The position numbers and the translations under genes were made by a program. 64,000 nt of DNA, taken from Bacteroidota bacterium. GTDB lineage: Bacteria; Bacteroidota; Bacteroidia; Bacteroidales; JAIOZK01. The notes under the pieces were generated by a model. That model ran no database searches. It had not been told where the DNA came from and worked only from the letters and a program-made list of their open reading frames with translations. The stretch is taken from the NCBI GenBank assembly GCA_034521425.1, contig JAXHMP010000001.1, forward strand, positions 2,779,182-2,843,181. The letters run 5' to 3'. Of this stretch, positions 27,628 to 41,074 are shown in pieces; within the stretch, counting starts at the first letter, position 1, and each line of letters starts with the position of its first letter.

Positions 27628-28258
27628 ATGATTAAAAACATTTTTTTTGATTCCGGCGGTGTGATTGCCGACTCAGGTAAATGTTAAAACCGAGGCATTT
27701 TATACAATCTATAAGCCGTTTCGGAGAATCCGTCGCTTCAGAAGGTTGTAGAGCATCACAAAAGCCAATGGCGGCATGTCCAGATTTGAAAAATTTGAAT
27801 TATCCCCACCAAAGAGTTTCTAGATTTGGATTTAAATCAAAACGAAATTGAAGAATTATCAAAAATGTTTTCGAGGAAGATTGTTTTGAATGGCGTCATA
27901 CAAGCACCAGAAGTAAAAGGCTCCCATGATTTCTTAAAGAATAAGGACCTGTATAAAATGCTTGGTGTAATTACCGGAACTCCTCACCGCTGAATCCAAA
28001 GAAATCTGTAAGGCAAGGGTATTTTTGATTGTTTTATTGGAATATATGGCTCACCCGATAAAAAGGATTTCTGGTGTAATTATCTTATAAATAAACATAA
28101 TTTAAATCCAGATGAAGACCGTTTTTATTGGGTATGCACTGGCTGATTACAATGCAGCTACTGAAAATGGATTAGAATTCTACTTTAAGAAGAATGACTA
28201 CGAAAACCTTGCCCTATTTGGAAAAATTGAAAATATTAATCGTTTTTCAAAACTTTAA
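27628..28258 (+). pseudogene. HAD-superfamily hydrolase, decayed
   Basis: MIKNIFFDSGGVIADS (DxDG-type motif I), followed by multiple frame breaks. Confidence 0.5.
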
Positions 28259-28288
28259 TGATTTTGAAAAATTAATCAGAAAGAATAA

Positions 28289-29269
28289 ATGAGAATATTA
28301 CTTACGAGCAACTTCGTTTCGAGATTGCCCTGGCAAACACCATGATAAGTTGAAAGAAACAGGGTTTACTCATTGATACACTCCGGGGGGCCAGTCAAAA
28401 GAAGATGTGCTTCTCCCGCTTAGTGCTAAATGTGATGGGAAGTTGTCGGAGAGTGATGAATTCAGTCGCAAAGTGATAAAGAAAAAGGTAAAGAGAGGGA
28501 AGCTTAAAGTAATCTCTAAATATGGTGTTGGAGCTTGATAAGATAGATCTTGAAGCTTGCAAAAGAATTTGGTGCTCCAGTATTTAATACACCCGGTATT
28601 AACCAGGTTTCCTGTTGCAGAGCATACACTTAGCTTTAATTTTGTCATACCTTAAAAATATCCCTGAAGAGCTATCATTAACAAAGTCCGGCCTATGGAA
28701 AAGGAAAAGTTGGAAAGGACGTTAAATAACAAAAAGATTGGTGTTTTCGGTTTAGGAAAAATTGGCAAAGAATTAGTTAAACGGCTTTGAGGGTTTAATG
28801 TTAAAATATTTGCTTATGATCAATTTTATGACCCATTCATTTAATCAAGAATATAAAATAATCCTTACTGATTCATTGCATGAACTTATAAGTAATGTTG
28901 ATATATTAAGCATTCATGTCCCTTTGACGCAAGAAACGAACAGAATTATAAAATTTTGAAATGCTCAAAGGAATTAATGGTGAGTTAAAGTAATAATAAA
29001 TACCTACAAGAGCAAATATATGTTGATCAGTAAGCATTAATCTGGGCACTTAAAAGTTGAAAGGATTGCAGCATAGTGTTACGGATGTAATGGATATAGA
29101 ACCTATGCCACGCAAGCATCCTCTGGTGAGTTTCGACAATGTATATATTACACCACACGTTGCTTCAAGAACTTACGAAAATGTTGAGAAACAAGGATTA
29201 TTAGCGATACAAAACCTAATCGACTATCTGAAAGATATTTCTCATTGTAGACGAAATGAACAGATTTAA
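28289..29269 (+). pseudogene. D-isomer-specific 2-hydroxyacid dehydrogenase, decayed
   Basis: ..FGAPVFNTPGIN.., ..DILSIHVPLTQETN.., ..DNVYITPHVASRT.. are spread over three frames. Confidence 0.6.
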
Positions 29270-29305
29270 AGAGTATTACTGCTTCATTATTACATATAAC
29301 AAATT

Positions 29306-30313
29306 ATGAACACTTCTTTAAAAAGTAAGGTACTAGTCATCGTGGCGCCGATGGTTTCATCGGATCGCCACCTGACCGAAGCATTAGTAGAAAAAGGTTA
29401 CCAGGTAAGGGCTTTATCTTATTACAATTCCTTTAATTATTGGGGGCTGGCTGGAAGACATACCTGAAAATGATCAACTGGAAATTGTAACAGGTGATGT
29501 ACGTGATCCCGACTTACTGCGAAGAAATCGTTAAAGGAGTTGATGTAATATTCCATTTGGCAGCACTTATTGCTATTCCTTACTCGTATGTTGCCCCAGA
29601 CGCATACGTGGATACCAACGTGAAAGGCACCCTGAACATATGCCAGGCAGCGAGGGAAAATGGAAATATAAGAGTTATTCATACCTCCACCTTTGAAGTA
29701 TACGGCACTGCTCAATACGTGCCCATTGACCAAAAGCACCCCAAACAACCACAATCCCCTTACAGTGCCAGTAAAATAGGTGCCAGACATGATGGCCATG
29801 AGTTTTTACAATGCTTTTGGATTACCGGTGACCATTGCACGACCTTTTAACACTTACGGTCCCCGGCAGTCTGCCAGGGCGATCATTCCAACCATCATCA
29901 CCCAGATAGCCAGCGGAATGAAGAGATCAAATTCAGGAGATCTAACACCCACCAGGGATTTCAATTATGTGAAAGATACCTGCACAAGGTTTCATTGCAC
30001 TGGCTGAATACTGAAAGTACATTGTAAGGAAAATAGATCAATGTTGCCTCTAATTTTGAAATTTCCATGCAAAGATACCCTGGAACCTAATCAAGCAAAT
30101 CATGAATTCCGATGTTAAATTTGTTACGGAAGAACAAAGGATCCGGCCGGAAAACTCTGAGGTATTTCGCTTGTGGGGAGTAATCAATTGATCAGGGAAC
30201 TGACAGGATTCAGGCCTGAATACAAAATTGAAGACGGTCTCAGGGAAACCATTAAATGGTTCCAGGACAAGAAAAACCTGGAAAAATACAAAGCCGGGAT
30301 TTATAACCTGTAA
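29306..30313 (+). pseudogene. NAD-dependent sugar-nucleotide 4,6-dehydratase (LegB/PseB/RfbB-like), decayed
   Basis: ..VDVIFHLAALIAIPYSY.., ..SPYSASKIG.. (YxxxK region), ..PVTIARPFNTYGPRQS.., ..DGLRETIKWFQD.. Confidence 0.6.
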
Positions 30314-30316
30314 ACT

Positions 30317-31545
30317 GTGGAAGAGCAATTTTCTCAAATCCGTTAGTTCATCAGAGAACTCTATAACCAACCGGAGGGAGTCATCCCTTTGCACGCACCT
30401 GTATTTCTGGGAAATGAAAAGAAGTACGTGAACGAATGTATTGACTCTACTTTTGTCTCAAGTGTAGGTAAGTTTGTAGATCGTTTTGAAGAAATGGTAG
30501 CCGAGTACACAGGTGCCAAAAGAGCCATTGTAACAGTAAACGGAACAAACGCACTTCATCTGGCTTTGTTAATGGCCGGTGTAAAAAGGGATACAGAAGT
30601 AATCACACAACCTCTAACCTTTATTGCAACAGCCAATGCCATTTCGTATTGCGGTGCAAAGCCCGTCTTCCTGGATGTTGACCTGGATACCATGGGTTTA
30701 TCCCCTGCAAAGCTTCATGATTGGCTAAAAGAAACACACATACGTAACATTAATACTGAGCGAAGCCAAGTAACAAACAACAAACAATTAACAAATCAAC
30801 CAAGTAAACCTATCACCGCCTGCGTTCCAATGCACACCTTCGGCCATCCCTGCCGCATTGATGAGATCGTTGAGATATGCGATTCATATAACATCCCGGT
30901 TGTTGAAGATGCCGCCGAAAGCCTTGGAAGTCTTTATAAAGGGAAGGCATACTGGAACTTTTGGAAATTCGGCATCTTAAGTTTTAATGGTAACAAAACC
31001 CTAACAACAGGCGGGGGCGGAATGATCCTGACCAATGATAGGGATTTGGGGAATCACATCGAACATTTAACAACCCAGGCCAAGGTTTCACATCCCTGGG
31101 AAATACGTGCATGATCATGTTGGATATAATTACCGGATGCCCAATATTAATGCTGCTTTGGGTGTTGCTCAAATGGAGACGCAATTGAAGAAATCATCGC
31201 AAACAAGCGTAAAACAGCCCAGTCTTATACGTTTTTCTTAAATGAAGGCAAGCTTTATAACAACGAACAACAAACAATAAACAACAAACAAATAAAACAC
31301 TACACTGAACCTCCCAACTCACGCTCCAACTATTGGCTCAACGCCATATTACTAAACAACAAACAGGAACGCGACGAATTTTTAAAATACACCAACGAAA
31401 ACAGCATCATGACCCGCCCGGTGTGGGATGCAATTGAATAAACTGGAAACGTTTAGAAGAATGCCCAAACCGGAAATCGGAGAATGCGGAATGGCTGGCC
31501 GATAGCGGTAGGTACAATTTGCCAGTAGTAGTATTCAGAAATTAA
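30317..31545 (+). pseudogene. DegT/DnrJ/EryC1 (LegC-type) PLP aminotransferase with in-frame stop, frameshifts and STR insertions
   Basis: ..PLHAPVFLGNEKKYVNECIDSTFVSSVG.., ..SFNGNKTLTTGGGGMIL.. (PLP-Lys), ..YNYRMPNINAALG.. TAG at 30344-30346 is in-frame. AACAAAC-type modules at 30755-30812 and 31255-31300. Confidence 0.7.
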
Positions 31546-31558
31546 TACAATAATTATA

Positions 31559-32244
31559 ATGAAAGTATTAGCTGTATCCAAGTTTCATCCTGATGAGCGA
31601 AACACTACGCAGGTACGCGGTGGGTCTTTATTAAAGCATCAAGTAAAATGGCGATGATATCGATTGTGTTTTTGTTACTGATGGGAACTGATTTCACAGC
31701 CAAAACCCATTTGAAAAACTCCGGTGAATCGTATGCTTTGATTAATCAGTTATCGATTAGGCTTTCCTCGAGCTAAAGCTGTATAATCTCCTTGAAATGA
31801 GTTAGTACCGGCGTTACGCCAATGTAATTCATCAAGTTCAACCCGAGCTACTTCTATATATCCAAATGCTGAAAGTAGATGTTCACTCTGACCATAGAAG
31901 AACATTTGAAGCGCTCAGTGGCGAGTTGACAAAATCATTTAGATTTCCTTTTATTCAAGAAAATTTTGATGTGCGAGGTGATTTCAGAAACGGATTTTGC
32001 TCCGGCACTTACAGAAAATGTTTTTCAACCCAATGTTTTTAATGATATTTCTAACTTTTTCGAAAAGAAATTGGATATACTTAAAATATTTGAATCAGAG
32101 CTTTTCGATTCACCTTATACCCGCAGCATAAAAGGCTGTCAAAAAGCACACAATCAATATCGAGGGTCATCAGATTGCATGCTTCATTGTGCTGAGGCGT
32201 TTTATGTTATTAAAAGAAATAAACAGATAAAATGGATAAGCTGA
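31559..32244 (+). pseudogene. PIG-L/LmbE-family deacetylase, decayed
   Basis: MKVLAVS.(F)HPDE.. and the C-terminal ..RGSSDCMLHCAEAFYVIK pattern. Confidence 0.5.
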
Positions 32245-33095
32245 AAAGTTATATTTATTGGAAGGATTAACCAACGGAAGCATTGTTTACAAATACCTGG
32301 AAAAAAATAAATTTGTTGATTTGTCATTGGTTATAACTTATCCTGATAATACCCATAAGCCCAGGTTTGTAACATTTCCTGATAATGATAATGTTATCAA
32401 AACAGATTCTGCTAATAAGTACATTGAAAAAGTTAAGCAAATAAATCCGGATTTGATTTTTGTGGCCGGTTGGTCAGAACTTTTGAGCCATGAATCTAGT
32501 AGCTATACCAAATAAAGGCGCTATCGGTTTTCATCCTTTTTCGAAACTTACCTTATGATAGAGGCAGGTCGAGCTTCAGCCTGGCAGATTGAAGATGGTT
32601 CTACAGAATCTGCGTTAACAATGTTGTGCCGACGATGAATTGCCCGATGGAGGAGATATGATTGCCTCAGAAAGGTTTTTTATAGAAGAAAATGATTACA
32701 TAAAACGATGTTTTGAATAAAGTAGATGATTAAGCTTGTCGTAGCCTAATTGAGTTCCTACTTTCCATTAATCAGACAAAACCAAGCACCGCGCGTAAAA
32801 CAAGATGTTAATGAGGGCAACTTCAGAAGGTTACGAAAAGAACGTGATTCATGGATTGATTGGAATAAAAAACTCCGAAGTTATTTTTAATAAAGTCAGG
32901 GCGATATACTAATCCATATCCGGGAGCGAAAAGCCAAGGTAAATGGAGAAGAAATAAAAGTTTTAGAAGCTGAAGTCGTTAATTTTGAATATATTGGGTT
33001 AGAGGCACAACCGGGTACAGTTGTTGCCAAAATTGTTTGATAACAGGTTAATCATAAAAACAAAGGATTCATTCCTGAAGATCAACAGATATGAA
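32231..33095 (+). pseudogene. Formyltransferase-family protein, decayed
   Basis: ..INPDLIFVAGWSELLS.. and ..GAIGFHP.. in shifted frames. Confidence 0.5.
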
Positions 33096-33775
33096 AAATA
33101 ATAGTAAAGATATAGTTATCATAGGCGGTGGCGGCCATGCAAAAGTGCTATATTCTTTTATTTAAATCGAATACTAATTTAAATTATTTAGGTTATGCCG
33201 ATATATATGATAAAGGCGTTATACCTAATTATATTGGAAATGATGATTTTCTGACTAACTAATAGTGCACAATATAAATATTTAGCATTAGGAATAAAGT
33301 TATGTGAATAAGGATCCAAGATAATATAAGAAGAAATATTATCAGACAAGTATTACAAAAATTGATGCCTTTAATAGCTTTCCTGTAATAAAATCGAACA
33401 ACTGTTATGTGTAGATTGAAGAGTGTAACCATAGGAGATGGAACTGTGATGGTAATGAATGGGTGTACAATCAATCACAGGCTCTAAGGAATATTAGTGA
33501 TTTTTGTGTAATAAAATACCAATTCAAGTATCGACCGACTGATTGTATAATCGGTTTCAATACCCAAATTTCACCCGGAGCAATATTGTCAGGAAATGTC
33601 AGTGTTGGTAAAAATGTGTTTATCCAAGGTGCAGGTACAACTATCTTAGACGATATAAATATCCGATTGGTATAATATTATCGTAGGTGCGGGTTGGTTA
33701 GTAGCTGAAGATTTGACTAAACCTGGTGTATATTTTACGGGTTGGCCCGATTTACAAAAAACTATCAGAAGAAAT
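33091..33775 (+). pseudogene. NeuD/PglB-family sugar acetyltransferase (LbH), decayed
   Basis: MKNNSKDIVIIGGGGHAKV.. and hexapeptide segments ..ISPGAILSGNVSVGKNVFIQGAG.. Confidence 0.6.
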
Positions 33776-33779
33776 AGCG

Positions 33780-34973
33780 TAATTTTGCAATTAAAACTAG
33801 CTATCTTTACTGGCCTTACCCGTGCTGAATCTGGACTTTTTTCTCCCTTGCTTAACCAAATTGGAGAAAGACGAATCATTTTGAATATGCCCTGTTTGTT
33901 GGAGGAACACATTTGGAAAAAGGAATATGGCAGGACGGTTGAAGAGATCGAAAGAAAGGATATCAAATAACAGCGACTTTTGATTATCTGTCAGTAAGAT
34001 AAGACTGCTGCAGGATTGACACAATCTTTGGCCCGGGAAACAGAACAACTCTGAATGTGATTTTTCAAAAGAAGCATTTGATTATGTATGTGCGTGTTTC
34101 AGGCGACCGCTATGAGTTATTACCTATTGTTCAGGCTGCCATAATCTATCATAAACCCATTATCCATATTCATGGAGGGGAAGCAACGCAGGGAGCGATT
34201 GACGAACAAATAAGACATATGATCACCAAAGCAGCGCATATTCATTTTGCTTCTTGCGAAGAATACGCCCAAAACATCAGAAAAATGGGGGAAGAATCTT
34301 GGCGGGTTTTTAATACAGGAGCTTTGGCGGTTGAGAATATGCAAGAAATTTCAAGCCTATACGGATAAAGCAAATCTAAGTTTAGAACGGATTGGGCTAG
34401 ATCGAAACAAGAAGACCTTGCATTGATGACCTTACGTCCACCCAGTCACGCCTGATGCCTTCCATAACACCCACTGAACTAATTGACAATGTATTTAATG
34501 CATTAAAATCTTACGAAGGACAGGTATTGGTTACCGCCCCGAACGTAGATGAAGGAGTGGCAGGAAATCGTTGAAGCAATCCAAAAGCACGTGGACGGCA
34601 AGTATGTTTTTTACGTGGAATCTCTGGGCGCCAAGCGATACTTAGGGATGCTGAAATACGTTTGATTCCGGTATCGGCAATTCATCCAGCGGGCTGCTCG
34701 GAAAGGCGCCGATTTTAGAACAGTCCCACCATTAATATTGGTAAACGCCAGCAGGGAAGGATAAGGCATCAAAGTGTTATAGATACCGGATATTCAGTGG
34801 ATGAAATCGATGATGCGATACAAAAAGCACAGAGAACTGACTTTAGAGAGCAATTACAGAATATGACCTATAAATTTGGAGATGGAAAAGCTTCAACAAA
34901 AATGCTGGAAGCGCTGAAAAAAGTTCAGAGTCATAAAGAGTTATTAATCAAAAAACTGGATTTTCCATGCTAA
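33780..34973 (+). pseudogene. neuC: Hydrolysing UDP-sugar 2-epimerase (NeuC/LegG-like), decayed
   Basis: ..LAIFTG(T)RAE.GL.., ..SGDRYELLPIVQAAIIYHKPIIHIHGGE.. Many frame breaks. Its stop overlaps the neuB start. Confidence 0.65.
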
Positions 34974-35996
34974 CCAACCATACTTTTATTATCGCTGAAG
35001 CCGGTGTTAACCATGACGGTGACATGAACAAAGCCAAAAAGTTGATTGATGCTGCCGTGGAAGCCGGAGTGGATGCTGTAAAGTTTCAGAGTTTTAAGGC
35101 CGATACAACCGTATCAAAATCTGCTGATAAGGCTGCGTATCAAAAGAAGACCACAGAAGCGGGCGAAACGCAATACGAAATGATTAAACGGCTGGAATTA
35201 AGTGTCGGAGGATCATTAGTATACTGATAAGATTATTGCAACTGAAAGGGAATCAAATTCTTATCATCTCCTTTTGATATAGACAGCATTCAATTGTTAG
35301 ATCAACTTGGTTTGGATACCTTTAAAATCCCTTCCGGCGAAATAGTCAATTTACCTTATCTTGAGGCCATAGGGAAATTAAATAAGCAAGTCATAATGTC
35401 CACCGGAATGGCTAATTTGGGAGAAATAGAAGATGCCTTAAGCGTTTTAATGCATGCCGGAACAAACAAAGAAAATATAACCGTGCTGCATGTTAATACT
35501 GAATACCCTACGCCAATGCAAGATGTAAACTTGCTGGCGATGAACACTATCCGTAATGCCTTTCAGGTTAATGTTGGGTATTCCGACCATACCCTCGGTA
35601 TTGAAATCCCCATAGCAGCAGTTGCATCAGGAGCCACAGTGATTGAGAAACACTTTACGCTGGATAAAACGGCTAAAGGCCCCGACCATAAGGCATCACT
35701 TGAACCGGATGAATTGAGGCAAATGGTGCTTGCCATTAGAAATATCGAAGAAGCCGAGGGGATGGTTTAAAACAGCCTCGAATACCTGGAACAAACCCAA
35801 TAAGCCATTGGTACGAAAAAGTATTGTTGTGCAGCAGAATAATATCAGAAGGAGAGAAATTTACGACCGAGAATCTGGGCTGTTAAACGACCTGGAAACG
35901 GAATTATCGCCCATGAGATGGATGAAGTTGCTGGGCAAAACAGCAATCCAGGATTTTGAAAAGAAGATGAACTTATTGAATTATAGAATGTCATGA
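34967..35996 (+). pseudogene. neuB: Nonulosonic acid synthase (NeuB/LegI/PseI family), decayed
   Basis: FIIAEAGVNHDGDMNKAKKLIDAAVEAGVDAVKFQ.., ..FKIPSGE.., ..GYSDHTLG.. An in-frame TAG and at least 2 frameshifts near 35215-35290 and 35760. Confidence 0.75.
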
Positions 35997-37052
35997 AGAA
36001 ATATCAAGACCCATATTATTCATCAGACACGCTCCCATGATAAAAGCATTGGAGCAATTAAATAATTTACCTGAAAACGCTTACGCTTTTTGTGGTGAAT
36101 GAGAACAAGCAATTAGTAGGAACATTGTTACTGATGGCGATATCGCAGAGAGGTTTCTTAATGGAAGAACCTGGACGACAAAGTAGGTCGCTTTTACCAT
36201 GGAAGTTTTCATTATCTGGACAATGGGATTGATGTTAAAAAGTAAGAAATTACGTGAACAAGGGCATACGGCTATTGCCTGTATTGAATGAAATAAGCAA
36301 ATTGAGAAAGTGTATGATCTGCATTACGCTGAATTCCGTCTTGCCTTTAGATGCTGTCATTATGGCAGGGGGCCTTGGTCAAAGACGGCTAAACCCATTA
36401 ACGATAATCCTCGAAACCCATGTTTAAGTTGGGAAGCAAGCCCATCATAGAGCATACCATTGACCGGTTGATTTCTTATGGTAGTTGAAAATATTTATAT
36501 TCGCGTAAATTATTTGAAAGAACAGATCATCGAGTATTTCGGCGACGGTGCATCAAAAGGAATAAATATCCAATACATCGAAGGAAGACAAGCCACTTGG
36601 CACGGCCGGAGCCTTATCGTTAGTTAGATGATTTTGAAAGTGATATACTTCTGACCAACTCTGATTTGTTTACCAATATTGATTATGAAGACTTCTACCT
36701 GGCCTTTTTAAGAGCAACAAGCCGATATGGCCAGTTGCTTCGATTCCCTACACAGTGAATATTCCCTACGGCTGTTCTGGAGGAAGAAGAAGGGAACGAT
36801 CGAAAGAGCTTTAAAGAAAAACCAACGCAGACGCATTTATGCGAATGCGGGAATTTACCCTAGATTTAAAAAGTAATGATTAAGGCCATACCCAAAAATG
36901 AATTTTATAATACGACGGACTTATTACAGGAAATGATTAACTCCAGGAAAAAGTAATCCACAATTCTTTAATAGGGTATTGGATTGATATCGGGAAACAT
37001 GAGGATTTAAGGGCAGAGGAAGATTGTAGAAGCATATCTAGAAATGATGTGA
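35993..37052 (+). pseudogene. CBS-domain + sugar-phosphate nucleotidyltransferase, decayed
   Basis: ..DAVIMAGGLGQR(L).., ..EDKPLGTAGAL.. Heavily fragmented. Confidence 0.5.
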
Positions 37053-37770
37053 ACAAAATTCAAACAGATATTTTTTGTAATACCCGCCAGAGGAGGTTCC
37101 AAAGGTTTACCGACGGAAAAACATCCTGCCTTTAAACGGTAAACCTACTGATACATTAGACAATCGACGCTGCAAGAGGCGTCACCGATGATGAAAATAT
37201 TTGTGTGAGCACCGACGATGAAGAAATAAAGCAGGTAGTGGAAGACCTATGGGTTGAAAAGTCCCATTTATTCGCCCTGCCGAATTACAACGGATACGGC
37301 CGGATCAAGAGAAGTACTCCTTCACGCCATCATTGGATTTTTATCAAAATGAACTCAATGGCAGCTTTAAGAAGGTCTGTCTTTTGCAGGCAACCAGTCC
37401 TTTTGCGTACTGCTCAGCATATAATTGAAGCGCATCAGCTTTGGCAAGATGATTTGGAAATGGTGGTTTCGGTGAAAGAGACTAAACCGAATCCTTATTT
37501 TAGCTTGTTTGAAGAGAATAAGCAAGGCTATATTGAAAAATCAAAAAAAGGAAATTTTACCAGAAGGCAAGATTGCCCGAAAGCGTGGGAGTTTAATGGA
37601 GCAATTTATTTTATAAATATACAGACCTTAAGAAAAGCGGATAATTGCACAATTTGAAAAGGTGAAAAATTTGTGATGTGTGACGCAAGTTCGGTGGATG
37701 TGGATAATTGATGGACTTAGAATTAGTGAAGTCCTCTTAATGAGAATCTAGAGTTCAAATTCTGAATGAG
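37047..37770 (+). pseudogene. neuA: CMP-nonulosonic acid synthetase (NeuA/LegF-like), frameshifted at the 5' end
   Basis: ..PARGGSKGLP.. (shifted), then ..CVSTDDEEI.. and ..LQATSPLRT-like.., ..RRQDCPKAWEFNGAIYFINI.. Confidence 0.65.
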
Positions 37771-39185
37771 CAAAATCCTCAAATACAGCCTATTACACAA
37801 TTGGCATTTTACCTCTAAAGCTGTAAATTTTTTATTGCTGCCTTTATATACCAGCTATCTCACACCCGATGAGTACGGCATTGTAAACTCCATGCAGGTA
37901 TTTTCGAAATATCCTGCTCATATTTTTCACATTGGGGCTTGAAAGAGCTATTTACCGCTTATACCATGATTACAAAACAGAAAAGGGACAAAAGGATTTT
38001 CTGGGAACCGTTTCAATTAGTATCGCGGTTATATCGCTTTTGGTTGGAGGAATTTTGTTCTTGTTAAATAGCCCGATTGTAAAATTTATAAATCAATCGA
38101 ATTTCATCCTATTACACATACGCCATTCTAACCACATTTTCATGACTTATGAGCTGGTTCCTAAAATCAGTTTTCAGGTGAAAGAACAAGCCGAATAAAT
38201 TCCTTGTTCTTTCTCTGGTAATTTTAGCGTTCAGGGTACTCGCCGGTTATCTGGCAGGTAGTTTACCTTGAAGCGGGTGCGGCTGGGGATGTTAAAAGGG
38301 GCAATGACTGGAGAATGCGGCTACTATTAATATTTATCATTCCGTTAACTTTAAAGCAGATTAACCTTCGTGTTGATTTTCAAATATTAAAAAACACGCT
38401 AAAATATTGCCTTCCTTTTAATTCCTATGATTGTTTCAGCGTGGGTAGTAAACATGTCGGATCGTATTTTTATTGAGCGTTATTTTTCTACTTACGATGT
38501 AGGCATTTATTCATTGGGCTATAAAATTGGCCAATTGGTTCAGTTTCTTTCAGTTTCAATACTGATGGCCTATAACCCTTATTTCTACAAACTGGCCAAT
38601 TCTAACCATCAGGTTACAGCCAAAAAAAAATTATACAAAGTAAACAATGCAAGCATTGTTTTTTTAATGTTTATTAGCTTTCTTGGTTGCTTTTTTTTCC
38701 AAGGATATCATACATCTTATTTTTTAATGAAAAATACCACGAAACTATAAAATCATACCAATTATTGTATTAGGTATTTCTTTATACAGCTAATATCATT
38801 ACAAAACGTTCTTTTTATCAAGAAAAAAAAACAACATAAATGATGTCAATAAACATAATAGGAGCGACAATTAATATCACATTAAATTTTTTACTGATAT
38901 CTAAAGTTTCATTTGAGAGCACCATTCATCGTCGACATTAATAACCCAACTAATATTATTTCTAATAATGTATAATCAATCAACAAAATATTATTTTATA
39001 CCTTACAACTGGAAATTACTACTACCTATATTATTTTTATCTGTTGTATTTGTAAGTATATGCATTCTTTATATCCTGTCAATACAAATATATTTACAAT
39101 AAAATTTATTTTTACTGTAAGTATTATTATTTTAATATCTCTCCTTTATAGGAAAAAAGTTAAATCCATTTTCTATAAAAACTGA
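37766..39185 (+). pseudogene. Polysaccharide flippase (Wzx/MOP family), decayed
   Basis: MSKILKYSLLHNW..LLLPLYTSYLTPDEYGIVNS.. and hydrophobic segments over several frames. Confidence 0.55.
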
Positions 39186-39187
39186 AA

Positions 39188-40175
39188 ATGCTGATATTTT
39201 GTATTTCTAATCTGTTCATACCTACAACTATATCTCTAATTAGCAACTTCAAAGAAAAGAGAATACTTACAATATATACTGACCAAATCGGGATATGTAA
39301 TTTTTTCAAAGAGATTAATTTTGAAAATGTTGAGATTTATTATCGGGAACAAATAGCTCTTAATTTAAATCCTATTCACGATTTAGTTACATTTTAAAAA
39401 GAAATAAAACATTAATTGAAATTAAAAAAAATACCATTTAGTGAAATATTTTTTTTTCACAGGGCATTTGGTCTTTTTGAAAAATGGTTAATTTCAAAAC
39501 TTTACTTCGATAAAAATATTTACTGCCCTGTTACAAGTCCGCTTAAATTTAAAAAAAGATACCTTTAAATCATTTACATTAAGAACAATTGCTAAATTAT
39601 TCATAACACCGAAGTTATTTCATTATGGAACGGTGAAAAGATATATTAATTCTTTATCTGATGATTTTATTCAAAAAATAAATGCAGATAAAACAAATAT
39701 TGTTATAAATAAAAAATTAATAAATTCATTAATAAAAAAATAAATTCAAAATCAAAGCTCATACAAATATGTGCTTCTAACAGGCTCAGTGGTTAAACTT
39801 AATCAAGTACAAATAAATGATTATACGCAAAAAAATGACGAATTAATAGAAACGCTAGGAATAAATAATACTGTTATTAAACCACATCCAAGATTCCCAG
39901 ATAAATTTTCGAAAGAAAACGAGCTTAATCAATAATGGATTTTATCCCTGCAAATGTTCTTTTTTCAAAATATAATACGTTTATTGGTTATAGCAGCACG
40001 GTTTTATCAGAAGCTGCAAACGAAGGTTTAACATTGTATTGCATTATTAGTATCACTATATGAATATTTACTGAACGAAGAAAAAAATACAAGGAATATT
40101 TATTATCAAACCTTAAACATGGCACAATTCATTTTCCAGATATTAATCAAATAAAACAACTATTAAATATTTGAC
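39188..40175 (+). pseudogene. Hypothetical glycan-locus protein, decayed (family not recognised)
   Basis: A 69-aa opening ORF followed by broken frames. Very AT-rich. A sialyltransferase-like role is only a positional guess. Confidence 0.25.
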
Positions 40176-40177
40176 CA

Positions 40178-40855
40178 ATGAGAAAATTAAAAGTTTTAAT
40201 AAGATACAGAATATTAAAATCGTTGGTTTTTCAGCTTTAAAATGCTTCCATTGAACAAGCTAAAAAATTACCAATATTGTTTATTAATAAAACCAGGTTT
40301 ATTCATCTTAAAGGAAAAAATTGAGAAATGGGCCAATTAAAAGAGGAATGATTATGATTGGCAGCTATTTATTTGAGATGTTCACACCAATGTATAATAC
40401 AATTGACCTTAAAGGTAAAATAATCTTTAATGGTTCCATTAAAATTGGCTGTGGCGTTTTACTGAGAACCGAAGATAATGGCACAATTACATTTGGGAAA
40501 CAAAATGTTATTGGAGCCAATTGTAAAATTTTCAGCGAAAAAAAAATAACCATAGGTGATTACACACGAATTGGCTGGGAAACTCAAAATATTCGACACT
40601 AATTTTCATTATTTGCGGGATACATCTACCAACAACATTTTACCAAAAGTTAATGCAGTATCAATAGGGAAGTATAACTGGATAGGAAATCGCACAACAA
40701 TTATGAAAGGTATGAAAACTAATGATTACACCATTGTTTCTAATAGTTTTACGAATAAAGACTATACTAATATTTATAAACCAGAAAGCATAATTGGGGG
40801 TACACCAGCAAAATTAATTTCTATTAACAAAATAAGAATCTTTGATAAAAACTAG
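40178..40855 (+). pseudogene. Left-handed beta-helix acyl/acetyltransferase, decayed
   Basis: ..GANCKIFSEKKITIGDYTRIGWE.., ..IGKYNWIGNRTTIMKG.. hexapeptide repeats across two frames. Confidence 0.55.
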
Positions 40856-40884
40856 ATCAAAAATTGACGAAAAATCTATGTAAA

Positions 40885-41046
40885 ATGAATCATGTAGCCG
40901 TATTAATTACGTGTTTTAACAGAGTAAAAACTACAGTCGAATGTTTGACAAATCTTCTAAAGGCAGACCTTCCAGATAACATTTCTTTCGAAATCTTTCT
41001 TTTAGATGATAATTCTCCTGACAATACGGAGAGAAAAACTTCGTAA
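40885..41046 (+). pseudogene. Glycosyltransferase family 2, orphan 5' fragment
   Basis: MNHVAVLITCFNRVKTTVECLTNLLKADLPDNISFEIFLLDDNSPDNT.. then truncated by an IS3-family remnant. Confidence 0.65.
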
Positions 41047-41074
41047 CGCATGTTTCCTAGCATCAATAACCTAC

